Source: Mytilus edulis (Eukaryota). Taken from it: a DNA stretch of 64,000 nt. The stretch lies in contig NC_092344.1 of assembly GCF_963676685.1 (NCBI RefSeq), forward strand, positions 29,946,001 to 30,010,000, given 5' to 3'. Under the pieces are notes generated by a model. That model was not told where the DNA came from. It worked only from the letters and a program-made list of their open reading frames with translations, and ran no database searches. A program made the position numbers and the translations under genes. Shown in pieces: positions 1 to 14,399 of this stretch; within the stretch, counting starts at the first letter, position 1, and each line of letters begins with the position of its first letter.

Positions 1-2643
1 AAGAGACACTTCTGATGAATTATAAACTTAATTACTTTGATCTTTTTTCAGAGGCGATTGAAATGAAATAAACTTGTTCAAATTCAAATACCAGAAACTT
101 AAATGTATATATATATTCAACAAATGCATCAGTCCATATACACCAATTAATTTTAGTCCATGTAAACCAATTCATTAGAAAGCTATACCACAATCAACAA
201 TAGGACATTTTCAGTCTTTATATAATGAAATTTTGAAGCCACTGAAGGCTTTGACACTGATTTTTGGGGAAATTTCGTATAAGTTATATAAGCCTATAGA
301 AGAGATTCATAAAGGTTCCATGGCATGTCTTGGCTGGTGGGACCTTGGCCAAGCTAAGCTGGTCAATCCAAGCATGAAGACTTGGTAATGACATAACTGC
401 AGAAATAATCGAAATAGTGTACCAGTCTCTGCCAATGGTTGATATCAAATACTCAAAACATGTATAATATTACATAGAGAATCAATTTCAAATCTGGAGC
501 AAATCAATTTCAAATCTGGAGCATTTCATAAATAAATCATTTATAATAAATGAAATGATCATAATAGTTGTCTGTGTTAATGAATCTCAAATCACTAATC
601 TAGATGAATAACACAAGCATGAATCGTTTAAGGATCTCATAGTTATAAATGCATCAAAATCAAGTTTTAAATGCAAAGTTATTAACTTTATACATAATTG
701 GTTTAAGCACCACTTTCAATTGTTCTTAACTTTATTTGCAGTTTGAGCTTTCTAAAGTCCCAAAATATTTCAGTTTTTTATTAGTTGTTTCATCTTTATT
801 CTCTCCTTAACTTTCAATTGAATTTTTAAAATTAATTTGACCATGCTACAATTTATTTCGTTTTAAGTCAGCTTATATAAGAGCAAGTGACTGGGGTTTT
901 TTGTGGGTTTTTTTTATATATTTATAATGTTTTAATGTTATTTTTTCTTGGCTTTTTTTTCTCTCTGATATAGATAAGAATACCTTCCACTGAAGGTGAC
1001 ATGTCTTTTGGTAATTTGGCTGCATGTTTTAACATTCTCTGTACAAATGACTATTCGTTAGAATGGTGTTTTTTTTCTCTTGTTTCTCTTGTACTACTTC
1101 TAACTGGTAGTGGTATGATAAATGTTATAAAACTAGGCCCTAGTACTTGTGTTATAAAGTATGCTCATTTAAACAGATGTGATATTAATTAATCATTCTG
1201 TGGTAATATGATGTAATATAAACTGCTCCTTTACAATTTGAAATATGGATATTAATATTCTTTAAAAAAATGCAAATTTTGTTACAAGTGACCGATTACT
1301 TCTTTTAAATGATGTCAGCTGTACAGCTAAACCTATTTCTTTTTTCAAGCATGTAAGTTATACAATGTATTTTAAAAGGGTCAATTGATGATCACTTGTT
1401 CATCCTGCATACAAAAAAGTTTGTTAAAATAAAATTCAAACTACGACCTACCTTTTTCTCAAATTCAAAATAAATGAATGCACATCCGTCCATACTAATT
1501 TGAAAGTTCTATTTCAAAAGCACTGGTAACCTAGTAACATACCAATATACAGAAAAAGTTCCAATCCCCATTGTTCTATTGTCTCATAAAAAATACATAT
1601 TCTTCTTTCAAAGCCTTGAACCCCCATTGACATTCTATTTTTAAATCATTTTTATTCAATATTTAACAGTCCTAATTAATTCCTTTTATAATTGTTATAT
1701 TATTTTTTTCTATAAAAGATCATTAAATTATTTATTTCTGACACCCATGATAAATTTTCCCATGAATTAAAATTATTTCTTTTTTATCGAAAATCATTCG
1801 GTCATCGGGTTAATAATGTTGAATATGCCAAAAAACCTAATCACATTATCTATTGATAACATATTTAACAGTAGTTATTAAAGCAATGATTGACAAAGAA
1901 GATAAAAGACCTGGAACAACCCACATAACCAAAAAATACTTGAAAGAAAAAAATGATGACCATGGACAAAGCAATTGACAGCTTTGCTTTGTACCACATA
2001 AGAATATGTCCCTTAATTATCTTTTTTTCTCTCCTGGCAGGAGTTCATCGCGTGGCCATCAGGTCAATTGCATTTCAAGGTTTTTTTAAAAACATTCCAT
2101 AGTCAATTATCTTTTTATCGATCAGTAATTACTGAATGTAAAAGTACTGAAAGACAAAAGACTACTAGCCACGGGTTGCTGCTTCACTATGGAAACAGTT
2201 TACGTCTGCTGTTAATGATGACCTCGGACACATGCCAAAAATATACTTGCTTTTTTAGAAATATGAAACATGAAAGAGAAAGAATGTAATTTAAAATAGA
2301 AAAGTTACAACATGTTAGAGCAGAGACGGGGTCACAGTCAGTTCATCCTTAAACCATTTACTATCTATTAATGAGAGCTATCAACTTCACAAAAAATAAC
2401 TGATTATATAAGTTAAGTAAGCTATAAAGAAGGGTCATTCCCTGTTCAACTCTATTAAATGTATATACTTGTGACCTACGCCATAAACAATTGTTCAATA
2501 TTGACTGGTATATCTACTACAAGTTAAAACACAAGTTGGACAATCTTCAAGCAGTTGTCAGATTGGATTTATATCTAAGAAAAGTTTTTATGAATTTGGA
2601 ATTCCTATAACATTCCTAAGACTTATAGAAATAACCTCCGTAG

Positions 2644-2735
2644 ATTATACTAAATTTTATATATCATCTTGGGGACGATTATACTATATTTTATATATCA
2701 TCTTGGGGACATTTATACTATATTTTATATCATCT
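2644..2735. repeat. ~34-bp tandem repeat (about 2.7 copies)
   Basis: ttatacta.attttatatatcatcttggggac repeated. Confidence 0.8.
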
Positions 2736-5700
2736 AAAAACTGGTAGCTTTATTTTGATATTGGAGCTGTTATATTTTTCAATTTTTATTTAATATTTAG
2801 AATTTTCTAGAAATTAAATCTTATATGAAAATTTTGAAAGTAAGTGTCTTTTTATTCTATAGCATATTATTCTTCTCTAACAAGTCTTGGTTATTTATAC
2901 TGATGGTATTCTAAGAAATGTATCGACTAAGGACACATAAACTCAGACTTAAGACTGCTAAAAAAATGCTCATCTGGTGGGTGAGCAAAAATTTTGTATA
3001 AGACATACAGGAACCGAAGCCATGAAGGGAGAAATCCAAAAGACATCTAAATATATAGAAATATACCAACTTTAGGTATTTTGTCAAGATGAGGGCCATG
3101 AAATGTAATTCTGAATGTTGATGGTAATATTTCTAGGTCAGGTTACTTTTACAAATGGAGTGAGTCAGTGTGCAGGACATAGAAAACATGTACCTCCTGT
3201 ATGACATACTATCTGCCTGGATAAGCGTAAGTAAGGAAAAGAAAAAAACGAGCTTTGGAAGGAAACATTACACACAATATAAATATTACATCAGTACATA
3301 TATTATCTAAAGGCCAAACTTAATCAATATTTACATACTTTGAACAAAGATTACAGTACAAAAATGTCTCAGCAATCAACTTAATGTGTAAATAAAAGTC
3401 TCAACAAATTTAATAGTAATAATACTGAACATGTTGATCAAGGTCCAAGGAAAAATAAGAGAATCAACTCTTAAAGAAATAGTACCAATAGAACTCTTTC
3501 TTGAATGTGTTATTATACTGTAGCGCATTGAATCCACAAACTTTAATAAAATTTAGAATTAAGTAATATTTTACTATTATTTAGTTCAACCAGACTAAGA
3601 ATAAATAAAACCCAGCCCTCTGCAATTAATTGAAAACTCTACTGTTTAATTGATACTATATTGCAAATCAAACTTGTAGTACTTGAAGTCCTTCTGAATT
3701 TGTCAGTTGACCAATAACTTGAAGCACTTAGACATGGTGGCACCTAAACTGAAGGTTAATCCAGTATGATGTGACAACTAATCCAAAATCATTCTTTTCC
3801 TTGTCATATAAACATACACAAAGTTTAATACATTGGATCATTTAGACCTATATACATTTTATGATTGAGAGTACTATTCTTCATTTTATGATTTAGACCT
3901 ATTCTTCATTTTATGATTTAGACCTACATATGTATTCTAAATTTTATGATTAAGACCTTTTCTACATGATTTAGACCTAATCTAGCTGCTTTTATTGTAA
4001 AAATGCTGAAGGAACAATATTGCAAAATATCATGAGAAAGTATGTACAGTTTCAATTGTGATTGACAGTGAATTGACCTACTGCTACAATGACTAGTAAA
4101 TTGAAAGATATCCAAGTTCAAATCCTTAATTTACACTTCAGAAATCAAGAATAAGACTTCTATAATTCTTATTCTTTACTTGGAAGCTCCTTCAAAATAG
4201 ACCAAACTAACGAATGTTATCATTTCAGAAAAGCTGAAGTCTTAACAAATGGGTGTAAGATATTAGTTTTGTATTTCCTTTATTATATTACAGTAGTTAG
4301 TGAAAACACTCCAATTTACATAAGGATATAAGTACTTAACAACTCTCTCCACAACAGGAAAGTCATTATATATCAACAGTTTCTAGGTGGACAGCTTATA
4401 ATTTGTACTGATATGTCTAGCATTAAAATGTTCACAAAATGTATGTTAAATGATAGACACCTTAGTGGAATTCACTAAAAACCTTTTTTTTTAAAGTTGT
4501 TATTTTAGCTGTTATTCCATTCCCTTTTTTAAAAATTTTAAAGTACAATTTTCTTTCATAGGTCTGCACGCAATTCATTCAAACAAGTCAGTTGAGGGTA
4601 CTAAATACAATTATAGAAATCTAAATGCTTTACTTTGGAAAATAGACAGTCAGTTAGAAATTCTGTTCTCCTAAATGACAGTTGAAAATTGATCACCGAT
4701 ACTTAGAACCAGTATGATATTTCTTGCTGATCAACTTTTCTTGCCTTATCATTTGACAAAAAACATACTTTAGAAAATGTAACAGCAGTAACTCTAAAGA
4801 AAATATGAATCACAGTAGCGTGATATATGACATTTGGAAAACCCGGCAATAGAAAGTACATGTGCTTCTCATCATACACACCATCCTAAATACCAAAGAT
4901 CTTGGAACACAGGTGCTGAAGAAAATCGGTGACATAGATCTGGCAATAATAGTTGCAATAGGAAATTATCAAACCAATATGTGCCAATGGATGGTTTATA
5001 TTAATTTTTCCTGTTATTGGAATGGTCTAATTCATTAATAATAAGGTTACTGTTACAAAATAACACAATAATTACATTTTTTGGTCATTCATTTTACCTA
5101 AAATAAACTTAGCTGTTATATTATTTGCATCAATGATACCGGGATGCTGTGCAGTGTGTCATAGGTCAGAAAAGTTTGGCTGACAAATATATTTTTTCAG
5201 TCCTGAAATTTTGGCATAATTTTGCTGGTTGTTCAAAAATCTTTTTTTGGCTCATTAATCCTTTTCATTCCTTGATTTTGATTTAATATGCCCTTTGTGG
5301 CCCAAGGACAGAACCCTTATCAACAACAACAAAAATAGGACTTGCAACAAAATGAAGTTTTCAGACAGAGAAAACAGATAAGATCAAAACAGAAAATAAT
5401 GTTTAACCACAACCTAAATTATTATCATTATAACACCAACAAAATATTTCTTCTTTTTCATAATACATTCTGCTGAGGCAATTAATAGGTCTGAAATTAA
5501 ATTTGGTTATCTTAAAAATCAGGATGTCGTCAGAAACTGACTATTATCGTCACTATCGCAAAATGACCTGCTCTTACTTGTACAAATGTACTCAATCTAA
5601 TACTACGCATTATAAAGTTGAAACTTTAAGTATTGAACTGTTCCAATAACAGGATAAATACATTACTCTATTACTCATCAATGACCAAACAATGAACTTA

Positions 5701-8700
5701 AAACTGATTCCCTGCTACTGATGTAAAGGAAACAGTTGAATTGATGTAATGGAGGTAGAAGGAAGTATAAAGAAGTTGTTGAACTCTGTCATTTACAGCT
5801 TAATCCAAAACCTTTTCCTCACAAATCCAATATCTGATTATCAACAGTAACAATCAATGTATTATTGATCACAAATATCTGTTTGAACCGACTGACACGG
5901 ATTCTTCATCAGTTAATAACTTCTGTACTAAAATAACCTATAAAGAGTTCTGAGTACCATTATACAGAAAAAGAACTTGATATCTCAGTAATTTGTATGG
6001 AGATTTGATTAGAAAACCAGTCTTTGGTCTTGTATCAATTTTGATGAATCTTTTGTCTTATTTCAGTCTTGCTTTCTGGTATATTATTCTGGGATGCTAA
6101 AAATATAGATGTAGGATATAGATTGCAAAATAATATATACAATATAATAATGAGTATGCTCTTTGTGAGCCCATTTAATGGAAATGAGAAATAACTTCCT
6201 TTTTCCTATCCAAATATCTTCCCTTTAATTTGTGCATAATGTATAACTGCCGATAAATCTAAAGTGACATTTGATGATTTAAATTGTAAATTCATGATTT
6301 TTTTTTTATTTAATTTTTTTTTTGGTCATGGAAATGCAACACTTTTGTGACTAATGAATGTTTTAACAAAAAGCCGTCCACCCAAGAGACAATTAGCAAA
6401 GATTTGGTGACAAAATCCATCTGCAACATGGTTATTATAGTCGTAGCCAGATAAATCTGCATTTCACTAAACACAAAACAGATGACTACATGAAATAAAT
6501 TATTCCAATGCAATTATTACATAACACCTCTCTGACCTAGTTTCCACTAAGTGACACTACATACTAACAGATTCCACACCCCTTTTCCTATAATTGATGA
6601 GAACTACACATTTATTTGACACAGTAATCAATAAGATGGCCTAATTAATGTATTGATTCTATATATAACTGACCAAAGTCCTGTGAGTCATACAAATCAA
6701 TATTAGAATGGAATTTCCTTTCTGATTCCAAATTTAAAACAGTTTTAGAAATTATTTATACCACCCCCTACCATGTTATAATTGTTAATTCAATCCACTT
6801 TAGATTCAATAATGTGATTAAATGATGATTGAGGAAAACAGAACTGGTGAAATACTAAATGAAGAGTGTTCAATACATCAGTCAATTTCTGAAACAGACA
6901 CTTTTAAAATAGAAGAAAGGAGAATAGGACAGTTTAACGAAAAGAAGAGAGAAAATGTCCAGGAGAAAGAGATAATATAAAGATATCCTTTGGATTATAT
7001 TCTTAGTGCATATCGCATATCGACAGCAACTTATCAAAGTTAAACCTCAGCATCAATACTCCAAAATTGACATAACAGAAGCTGGCAACTTGAACAAAAA
7101 AATTAATGATCTATTTTTTGCTATTCACAAAGACAGGTAAATTAATTAGCAGATAGAATCTGAGAGATAAGTACACAAGCTCAATCAAGTATGACATTAA
7201 GTATTCTGCCAGATCACATTATATAACGTCAGGACATTACCCTCCCAAAACCTATTGAATATTGTATGGTATACCATGCTGGGAAATAAACTTAATGTCT
7301 ATTCAAGCTAGACCTACTGACTGTCATTGAAAATCAATCAAAAATCTACTTTTCACCTCAAGAATCTAATTAGAAAGTTTAAGGTCGGTCAACTTTCCAC
7401 TACATCTATAATGATTTAATTCTATTATATAAAATACATCACGTAAGCACAGGTAACCAGGTCATTGGCCTCCAGAGTGAAAACTTCTGTTCAAACACCC
7501 CTCCCCCTTTTCCCTTCAGCTTATTGAATATGAAATAGATAAATATCGAAATAATACACATCAACTTCTAACTTTAGAGCATTTATTTCAAATGTATTTT
7601 TATTTTGAGGGATCACTTGGCTTTAAAGTTATTAAACCCAAAAAGATTTTTTTTTAGTATTTTTTTCCCCCCTTTATTCTCTCCCCTTTTCCTATTCGTA
7701 ATAAGGTCAATGTATATGTTTTTCCTTCCGATCAGTAACAAAAGTACAAGCAGCATTTTTGGCAGCCAGATATGTTTATATTTACCCTAGTAATAAATAA
7801 ACCATGCAGTATGACTATACATAGAATTACCTACTTTTATGATACCGCAAAGTGTTAAAATCGTTTCTTTTATTAGAACTTGTTATCATCAGCATCAAAA
7901 TATATTTGAACATTAAATATGTAACAAGTTTTAAGTATCAATAAATCTATGCAAATATTGTACATTTAACACTGATTTTAAACCACATAAATAAGACATT
8001 AATTTTTAATGTAGTTCTGGTAAAAATAAACCAAAGTTCACACAAATTTTTTTTAAATAAATTTAAATGCAATTTTAATTTAGCAAACTGATGGGATTTA
8101 AGTTACAGCATAGGACAAACATATAATAAATTTAATTTAAATTTGTTTTATAACATAAATGCATTTTCGATAGACATCAGTAGTTTTACTTTTAATCTAA
8201 AAATACTTATGGTATATTGCCCCCAGTTAATCATAAATCTTTGGCTTTTTTACTTTTTAGGCTATAAAAAATTTGAAGAAGTTATAACAAGCCTGACACA
8301 AAAATTCTTTCCTACATCGATGAATTTGTATAAAAATATGACAAGAAATTTAAAACCTAGCTACCATACTAATTTGCATAAATTTACCATTTCTACAAAA
8401 TATATATGATTTGATTCACTTAATGTATATTTTTGATAGATTACTTGTAATGAACGAAATTTTAATGTTCCCCCCTCAGGAGGGATTAGTGAAGCTGAAC
8501 TAATCTAGGTCAAGACAATCATCAGTGTAGGCATTCCAGGTCAGTAGTTCAACCTCATTAAATCAATCACCTATAAAAGGCCTTTACAGGGGTAGAAATA
8601 CCAGGTCATTCTGGTTTATGGCATAGCTATAGGAAAGAAAAATTAACAGCTAGAAGAATGAACAATACAAGTGTGAACACATTTCTAGTAGATCTGATTG

Positions 8701-8983
8701 TTCAGTTTCTTAGTAGGTGACAAAACCACGCATTCAACAAATCTATTTTTGAGTGTAAATTTCATTATACAAAAATCAGTTATAAGTATAGCATTGGTCT
8801 TTTGTGATTAAAATAAATATGTCAATGATTAATGGTGTCAGCAGATGTGATACCATGTAGGTGTGTCATAAATAACCTACTCCTATAATCAAACTCAAAA
8901 GCATTTTTTTTCTGTGCATGTGACTAAAAGTCTTATAAACTTTTGATATTAAAGTAGAAATTTCACAACTACATGTACTGATA

Positions 8984-9310
8984 AACTAGAGGCTCCAAAG
9001 ACCCTGTGTCACTCACCTTGGTCTTAGTAAAGATTCAACAAAGAATATTCTCTTACATTGTATAACTCTGTCATCTGACAGTTTTTAACTGTTTTGACGG
9101 ACAAGAAGAGGAGCTCAACAGTGTTAACATTTTTGCAGATGTCCGAATTTCTCTTTTGATAACAGTTTTCAAAATAATAGACAAAACTTGCAATTTGCAC
9201 CTTTGTTCTATGTTTAGCCATGTCAACCATCTTGAATGGCAGGCGAGGTCATTGGATACATTTTTTAAACTAGATACTCTAATAATGATTGTGGCCAAGT
9301 TTGATTTGAT
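8984..9310 (+). mobile_element. Degenerate HINE-like element 5' part (AACTAGAGGCTC family); related remnants at ~22312-22800 and ~17830-17960
   Basis: AACTAGAGGCTCCAAAGACCCTGTGTCACTCACCTTGG start, recognised from memory as a common bivalve repeat head. Confidence 0.45.
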
Positions 9311-9558
9311 CTTTCTGTGAACACAATTTATCTTTCTGTGAACACACAATTTATCTTTTCAGTGAAAACACAGTTAATCGATATGTGAACACACAACAAC
9401 CAATATGTACTGGTTAATCTCATTTGTAGACCTGTCTCCATAACTTATCAAGTTGACTTTTGTTCCTGCAAAATTCTTTAATGATTTCAAACTTCTCTGT
9501 CAACTCAATTAGTATGGGCTATTTTTGGTTAAGATTGTATCTATCTATAAATAGTTAC

Positions 9559-9693
9559 CCCTAATTTTTCCGGATCCATATTTTTAATATCTTTGCCATT
9601 GATTTGATTGTCTTTAAACATCTGAGCATATCTGTAGAGTCTGACACAGGCCATCCATTCTACAACGTTTTCACAAGTCCAATTCTCTATAGG
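9559..9693 (-). CDS. PIK3R1: Coding exon, 135 nt, phase 0-0: PIENWTCENVVEWMACVRLYRYAQMFKDNQINGKDIKNMDPEKLG; N-terminal two-thirds of a SAM domain
   Basis: TATTTCTATTTTTAG acceptor, GGG|GTAACT donor; SAM consensus W-x4-V-x2-W-M-x4-L-x2-Y-x3-F-x4-I-x-G. Confidence 0.92.
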
Positions 9694-10299
9694 CTAAAAA
9701 TAGAAATAGTATCTACTGAACGAAAAAGAAAAAAACATTTTATAACTTTAGAAGTAGTATTCTGGAGTGTTTCCTCATCAGGATTTCTTGAACCCCCCAA
9801 CCCCCAAAGAAAACACAGTATTGAATTTTTTTTTTAGTAACTGCTAAGTCACCTTTTAGTTTTAATATGTTTGAAATCAATTTTTTTCAAAGTTTCAGTT
9901 GACTCAAAAACAAAAACAATGTTTAGTTTCTTTCAACCAAGTTTATTTGAAAATATTTCCATAATGCATTTAAAATACATAGATATGAAATGTCACATAG
10001 AGTTCGTGCAAGGATCTTATTCATATCAATTTTACTATTAAAATTATTGTACAAAATAAAAACAGGAATGTGTATCTATTCTAGCTTATACATGTAACAA
10101 GTTGCCCTTTGTTCTAAATTTATATGTTAATCGACTCTTCAAGTGTGTCATATTGTTTCATATCAGTTTGTAATGAATGGGTGGTACCAAATTCAGGAAT
10201 CAAAGAAAATTCTTAGATACATAAAATTAAAAGTGTTCAGGGGTTGTCACTTGTTAATGTTGTCAATAAGTGTTTCTTGTTACTTAATTTTTTATACTG

Positions 10300-10491
10300 A
10301 TTAGATTGTTGGTTTTCTTGTTTGAATGATTTTCACTAGTCATTTTTGAGGGCCTTTATAGCTTGCTAATCAGGGTTAGCCAAGGCTCCGTGTTGAAGAC
10401 CGTACTTTGACCTATAATGGTTTACTTAAACAACTTGTGACTTGGATGGAGAGTTGTCTCATTGGCACTCATACCACATCTTCTTATATCT
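10300..10491 (-). mobile_element. Copy of a dispersed repeat family with terminus ATAAGAAGATGTGGTATGA(G/T)TGCCAATGAGACAAC
   Basis: About a dozen copies or fragments in the window: ~16985-17180, 25103-25285, 28610-28700, 29143-29240, 32875-32960, 33345-33426, 46065-46168, 51680-51805, 52925-52995, 56960-57135, 62195-62300. Confidence 0.8.
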
Positions 10492-11459
10492 TTTTAAATA
10501 CAGCCATTTCTCACATCTGTTTTATTTTTTAGAGAATTTTTTTTTTTTTACAAAAACTGATTTCAAAATTCAGTGAAGAGACTAATCCCATAAAAATTTC
10601 TATGACAGCTCTCTATTTTTTTTTGGTTTCTGCAAAAATGTTGAGTTAGCATGTGGTGTTTATAATATCTGTCTGCTCTAATTGAACAGCTCAATGGTAT
10701 ATGAACTGTCTATACTATTTTCATGAGGAGTAGGTTAACAAATGATTTCTATCCCAGATACCAATTTGAGGTTGATTTATCATACTATTACCAATCTAGA
10801 ATTTTTTCCCTTAAAAAAATACATATAAAACAAGACAGTCCTAGATCCATGCACAAGAAAGTGAAAATTTCATATCTTCTCTCAATTATACAACGTTAAG
10901 TAGTGCTATAAATTTGTCATTTCATACTGATAAAGGCGACCAATAATATTACTTAACTAACAGATGTTTTAAACACAAAATTGTAAATCTTTGAAAGTTT
11001 TAGGAAAATGCACAAGCACATTTGGGGTTGACCCTCCCCCTTTTTTCTAAATTAAAAAAAAATAAAAATTGGAAATATTTTTTTATGTATCCTGCCTTTC
11101 AAGATTTATTTGAAAACTAAATTATTTTTTTGATATGGTTTTTAAACCAGTTTAATCTTGCAATTTATTGAAAAAATTAAATTTAGTAAAAAAAATCAAA
11201 ATCACATATATATAATGAAAAAAAAAATATACTTTTCTTGATTAGTATTGTGTATTTCATTTTCATCCCTTCTTGCAACAATTTAAATTGTCACCTATAG
11301 ATTGAGAAAGAAACCATGTGGTGTCTGTGAACTAACATAATATAATTGATGTGACAGTTTAATTTGAAAATATGGTGTTTTCTAAGTGGTGCAGGAGATA
11401 AGTACACTTTTTATTCAACATCATTTTGATGCAAATTCTTGGGCTTAGTTCATAGACTG

Positions 11460-11730
11460 AAGAATGTGTCCATAGTACATGGATGCCCCTCTCACACTAT
11501 CATTTTCTATGTTCAGTGGACCGTGAAATCATGGTCAAAACTCTTATTTGGCATTAAAATTTGAAGGATCAGATCATAGGTAACATGTGTAATAAGTTTC
11601 AAGTTGATATAACTTCAACTTCATCAAAAACTACCTTAACCAAAATTTTTAACCTGAGATGGGCAAACTGACAAATAGATGAACAAATGAACAGACAGAA
11701 AAACATAATGCCCCTCAGTGGGGCATAAAA
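11460..11730 (+). mobile_element. HINE/DINE-1-like (Helentron-derived) non-autonomous element
   Basis: 5' AAGAATGTGTCC..GGATGCCCC subterminal motif, degenerate GACA/GAAC microsatellite, 3' hairpin ATGCCCC..GGGGCAT + AAAA; a 3' fragment of the same family lies at ~23115-23260. Confidence 0.65.
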
Positions 11731-12901
11731 ACGTAGAAAAAAGGGAAAGATATTACGTTTAATTTAAAAGAAACGTATTTGCATCTTATAATGTGTGAAT
11801 TAATTAGTGAGTTGTGTAAGAATACACTACTTAGCATGCCTATTGTTACAAGGTGAATCATGGGAGGCGCCAATAAATCATTTTAATTATTGAAAATAGA
11901 TTTCATTCAATCTAAAAATATGAAAATTTATTCAAATATGTCATTTTCATCCATCAAACATGTAAAAAAGTGAACATAATAGTCACAGTCTGTAAACCCT
12001 CATGTATATTTATGACATTTCATTCCCTTTGAACTCATACAGAATCATAAGCCATGGCTGCTTATAAATATGATATAACACAAAAGAAGTAAAAAGTTAC
12101 AGCATTAAATCTCATCAAAATGGTTTACACTTGAATAATTTTAAATTTAACCAATTTCAGTAAATCACCAAAGCTAACAAGTACAAAGGAACCTTTCTTC
12201 TCACTAAAACATGCTGTGTCATATCTCATCATGTATATACAACATCTACATACATTATAATACATGTTTATTTTCGATTTGTTTGTGATGGTGGGTTATT
12301 GTCTTATTGATATTCTAACCTATATCTCTAATTAAACATGTGATAATCCTTGTCCAAAAAAAATCTAATATCAGTGCATTACAAATCTATTCATAGCATT
12401 CCCATAAATTTCTCGAGAATGTATTTGATTAAATTTCCTATGCCATAATGATAATAAAAGTAACTATCTGAAACATCTGCAAAATATGTTTTTTTTTTTC
12501 AAATATATTTTAGAATATCAGGACAATTGAAAATATGCATTTAAATACAATCTTACCATTTTACTGGTATGATGGAAAAATAAATGACATTATTAGAATC
12601 TGAAGAAATAAATCTGTCAGATTCCATCAGTATACCATTTATAGACAATATACATCTCTATAAATCTAGGCGAGGGTGGAAAGGTTGACGTAAGGTAACA
12701 AGTAGTTCCATGCATTACACCTACCTGGTGTCTCACTGTAACTACTTGTCATCTTTCAGTCAAAAAAAGTCAATAACTCCTCTATTTAAAACTAAATATA
12801 TTCAGACCCTCAGCAATAAAAACTTGAAGAATTTGATGAATCTTGTGACTGTAGGTGACAAGGAGACAAAAGTCAATGTTAAAAGAGAACATGATTTTAT
12901 A

Positions 12902-13111
12902 CTGAGGATTCATAATTATTTGTTGGATACCAATTTTCATGGTTTTGGTGGGTACAGGTGAACCACGAATTCAAATGATCAACGAATTACATATTTTCTA
13001 TAGGATGTAAATGCAGAGAGTGAGTAAACCCACGAAATCAAATACCTTTGAAAATACAAGTTTTCCTCAATCTATGAAAATTGATACCCACGAAAATAAA
13101 TGAATCCACAG
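12902..13111 (+). mobile_element. ~210-bp MITE with TA flanks (Tc1/mariner-type target)
   Basis: TA|CTGAGGATTCAT ... ATGAATCCACAG|TA; second copy at 29954-30162. Confidence 0.8.
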
Positions 13112-13600
13112 TACACATGATTCAGGCTTCAAGAAGTCAGCTACACCAGATGCAGACTTCATTTCACACCTTTTCTATCATTTTCTACTAGTGAATAACA
13201 AATGTATTTGAAAACAGTCCTTGGTCAACAGTCAGTTCTTAAAAGGAAAGTTGCTAATCAAATTGTTTGGTTGACTAACTGTTGGAATTTGGACACAAAA
13301 CTTTATATTTTAGTAATAATGCTGATTGATCCCAAAAATCATGATTAAGGCTTGGTAGTTTATTTGACCTTAAGTCTAGTGGATAGTAAAAGTCTACTGG
13401 TTTTCATCTTTAGAAACAGAGGACTTGGTTATACCATATCTAAAATCAGCTCTATCAAAAACAGCAATTTAACTAGTATTTAAGCATAATAATTTTGTTA
13501 GAGATATTTTGATTAAAAAAAAAGTAACCTCTTCAAACAAGTCCAAAAATAATTAGACAAAGATGGAGTGACTGACAGCTATATTGACCTGAGTACATAC

Positions 13601-13704
13601 CACATAAGTACTGTGTACTGGAGTACTGGGCGCTGGATTTCCTCTGGTACAACTGGATTGGACTTCTACATCCCAACATGAAGCATGGCATACTTGGTTA
13701 CATC
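13601..13704 (-). CDS. PIK3R1: Coding exon, 104 nt, phase 1-0: (G)CNQVCHASCWDVEVQSSCTRGNPAPSTPVHSTYV; end of C1 domain + linker
   Basis: TTTTTCCTTATTTTCTAG acceptor, GTG|GTATGT donor; locally GC-richer; supplies C-X4-H-X2-C-X8-C. Confidence 0.92.
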
Positions 13705-14399
13705 CTAGAAAATAAGGAAAAAAACAGAGTATTTTATTAATTTCAACATTTTCTACATTTAAATGTTAACATTGTTTAATGACCTTAAAGTGGTGTCTGC
13801 TCTTTGGTCTGATTGTTGTCTCTTTGACATATTCCCCATTTCCATTCTCAATTTTATTGAGTTTTTTTTTTTGTAAGCATGTAACTAATTTATTTCTTTT
13901 TTTTCACAAAGGTTTAAGTGGGTACACTTCCTTCAACCATTTAACTTGAAAAGTAAGCATTTTGCAATGACCTTGAACAAAATAGTTTACTGGGTTGTAT
14001 GTAACCCCAAATATCTAATGCAAAGAAATAGGTAAAAAATAAATAATTACTAATAATAATGCAATTGTTTCACATCAGAGTTTGTAATTCAACATCAAAT
14101 CTTGAATTGCCTTCAAGATTGAAGTCTATGACATAATTCTTGCAATAAAACCACCAGAGAACCAATAAAAGTTGATTTCAGTTGCCAAAAAAAAATGGTC
14201 ACCCAGCTATGCCTTTATCTACTTCCATATATGGAAATGTCACATACTGTAAAGTGATCCTGTAAACTCTTTAACTTAAGTGAACTGATGATTATAAAGG
14301 TTGAGACATGCTATAAACTCAATTAACGGGTCTGTAAAGACCAATTCTAGGATAATAAAAGATTGTATGACATTCTCAAGTCACTAATGCTGAAATGAA

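Noticed and set aside
298-396. Possible next minus-strand exon after TTATTTCTGCAG
   Set aside because: The required phase-0 frame hits TGA, does not continue the SAM domain and has no good donor.
2020-2065. Plus-strand acceptor-like CTTTTTTTCTCTCCTGGCAG
   Set aside because: Isolated, with no partner exons or recognisable peptide on the plus strand.
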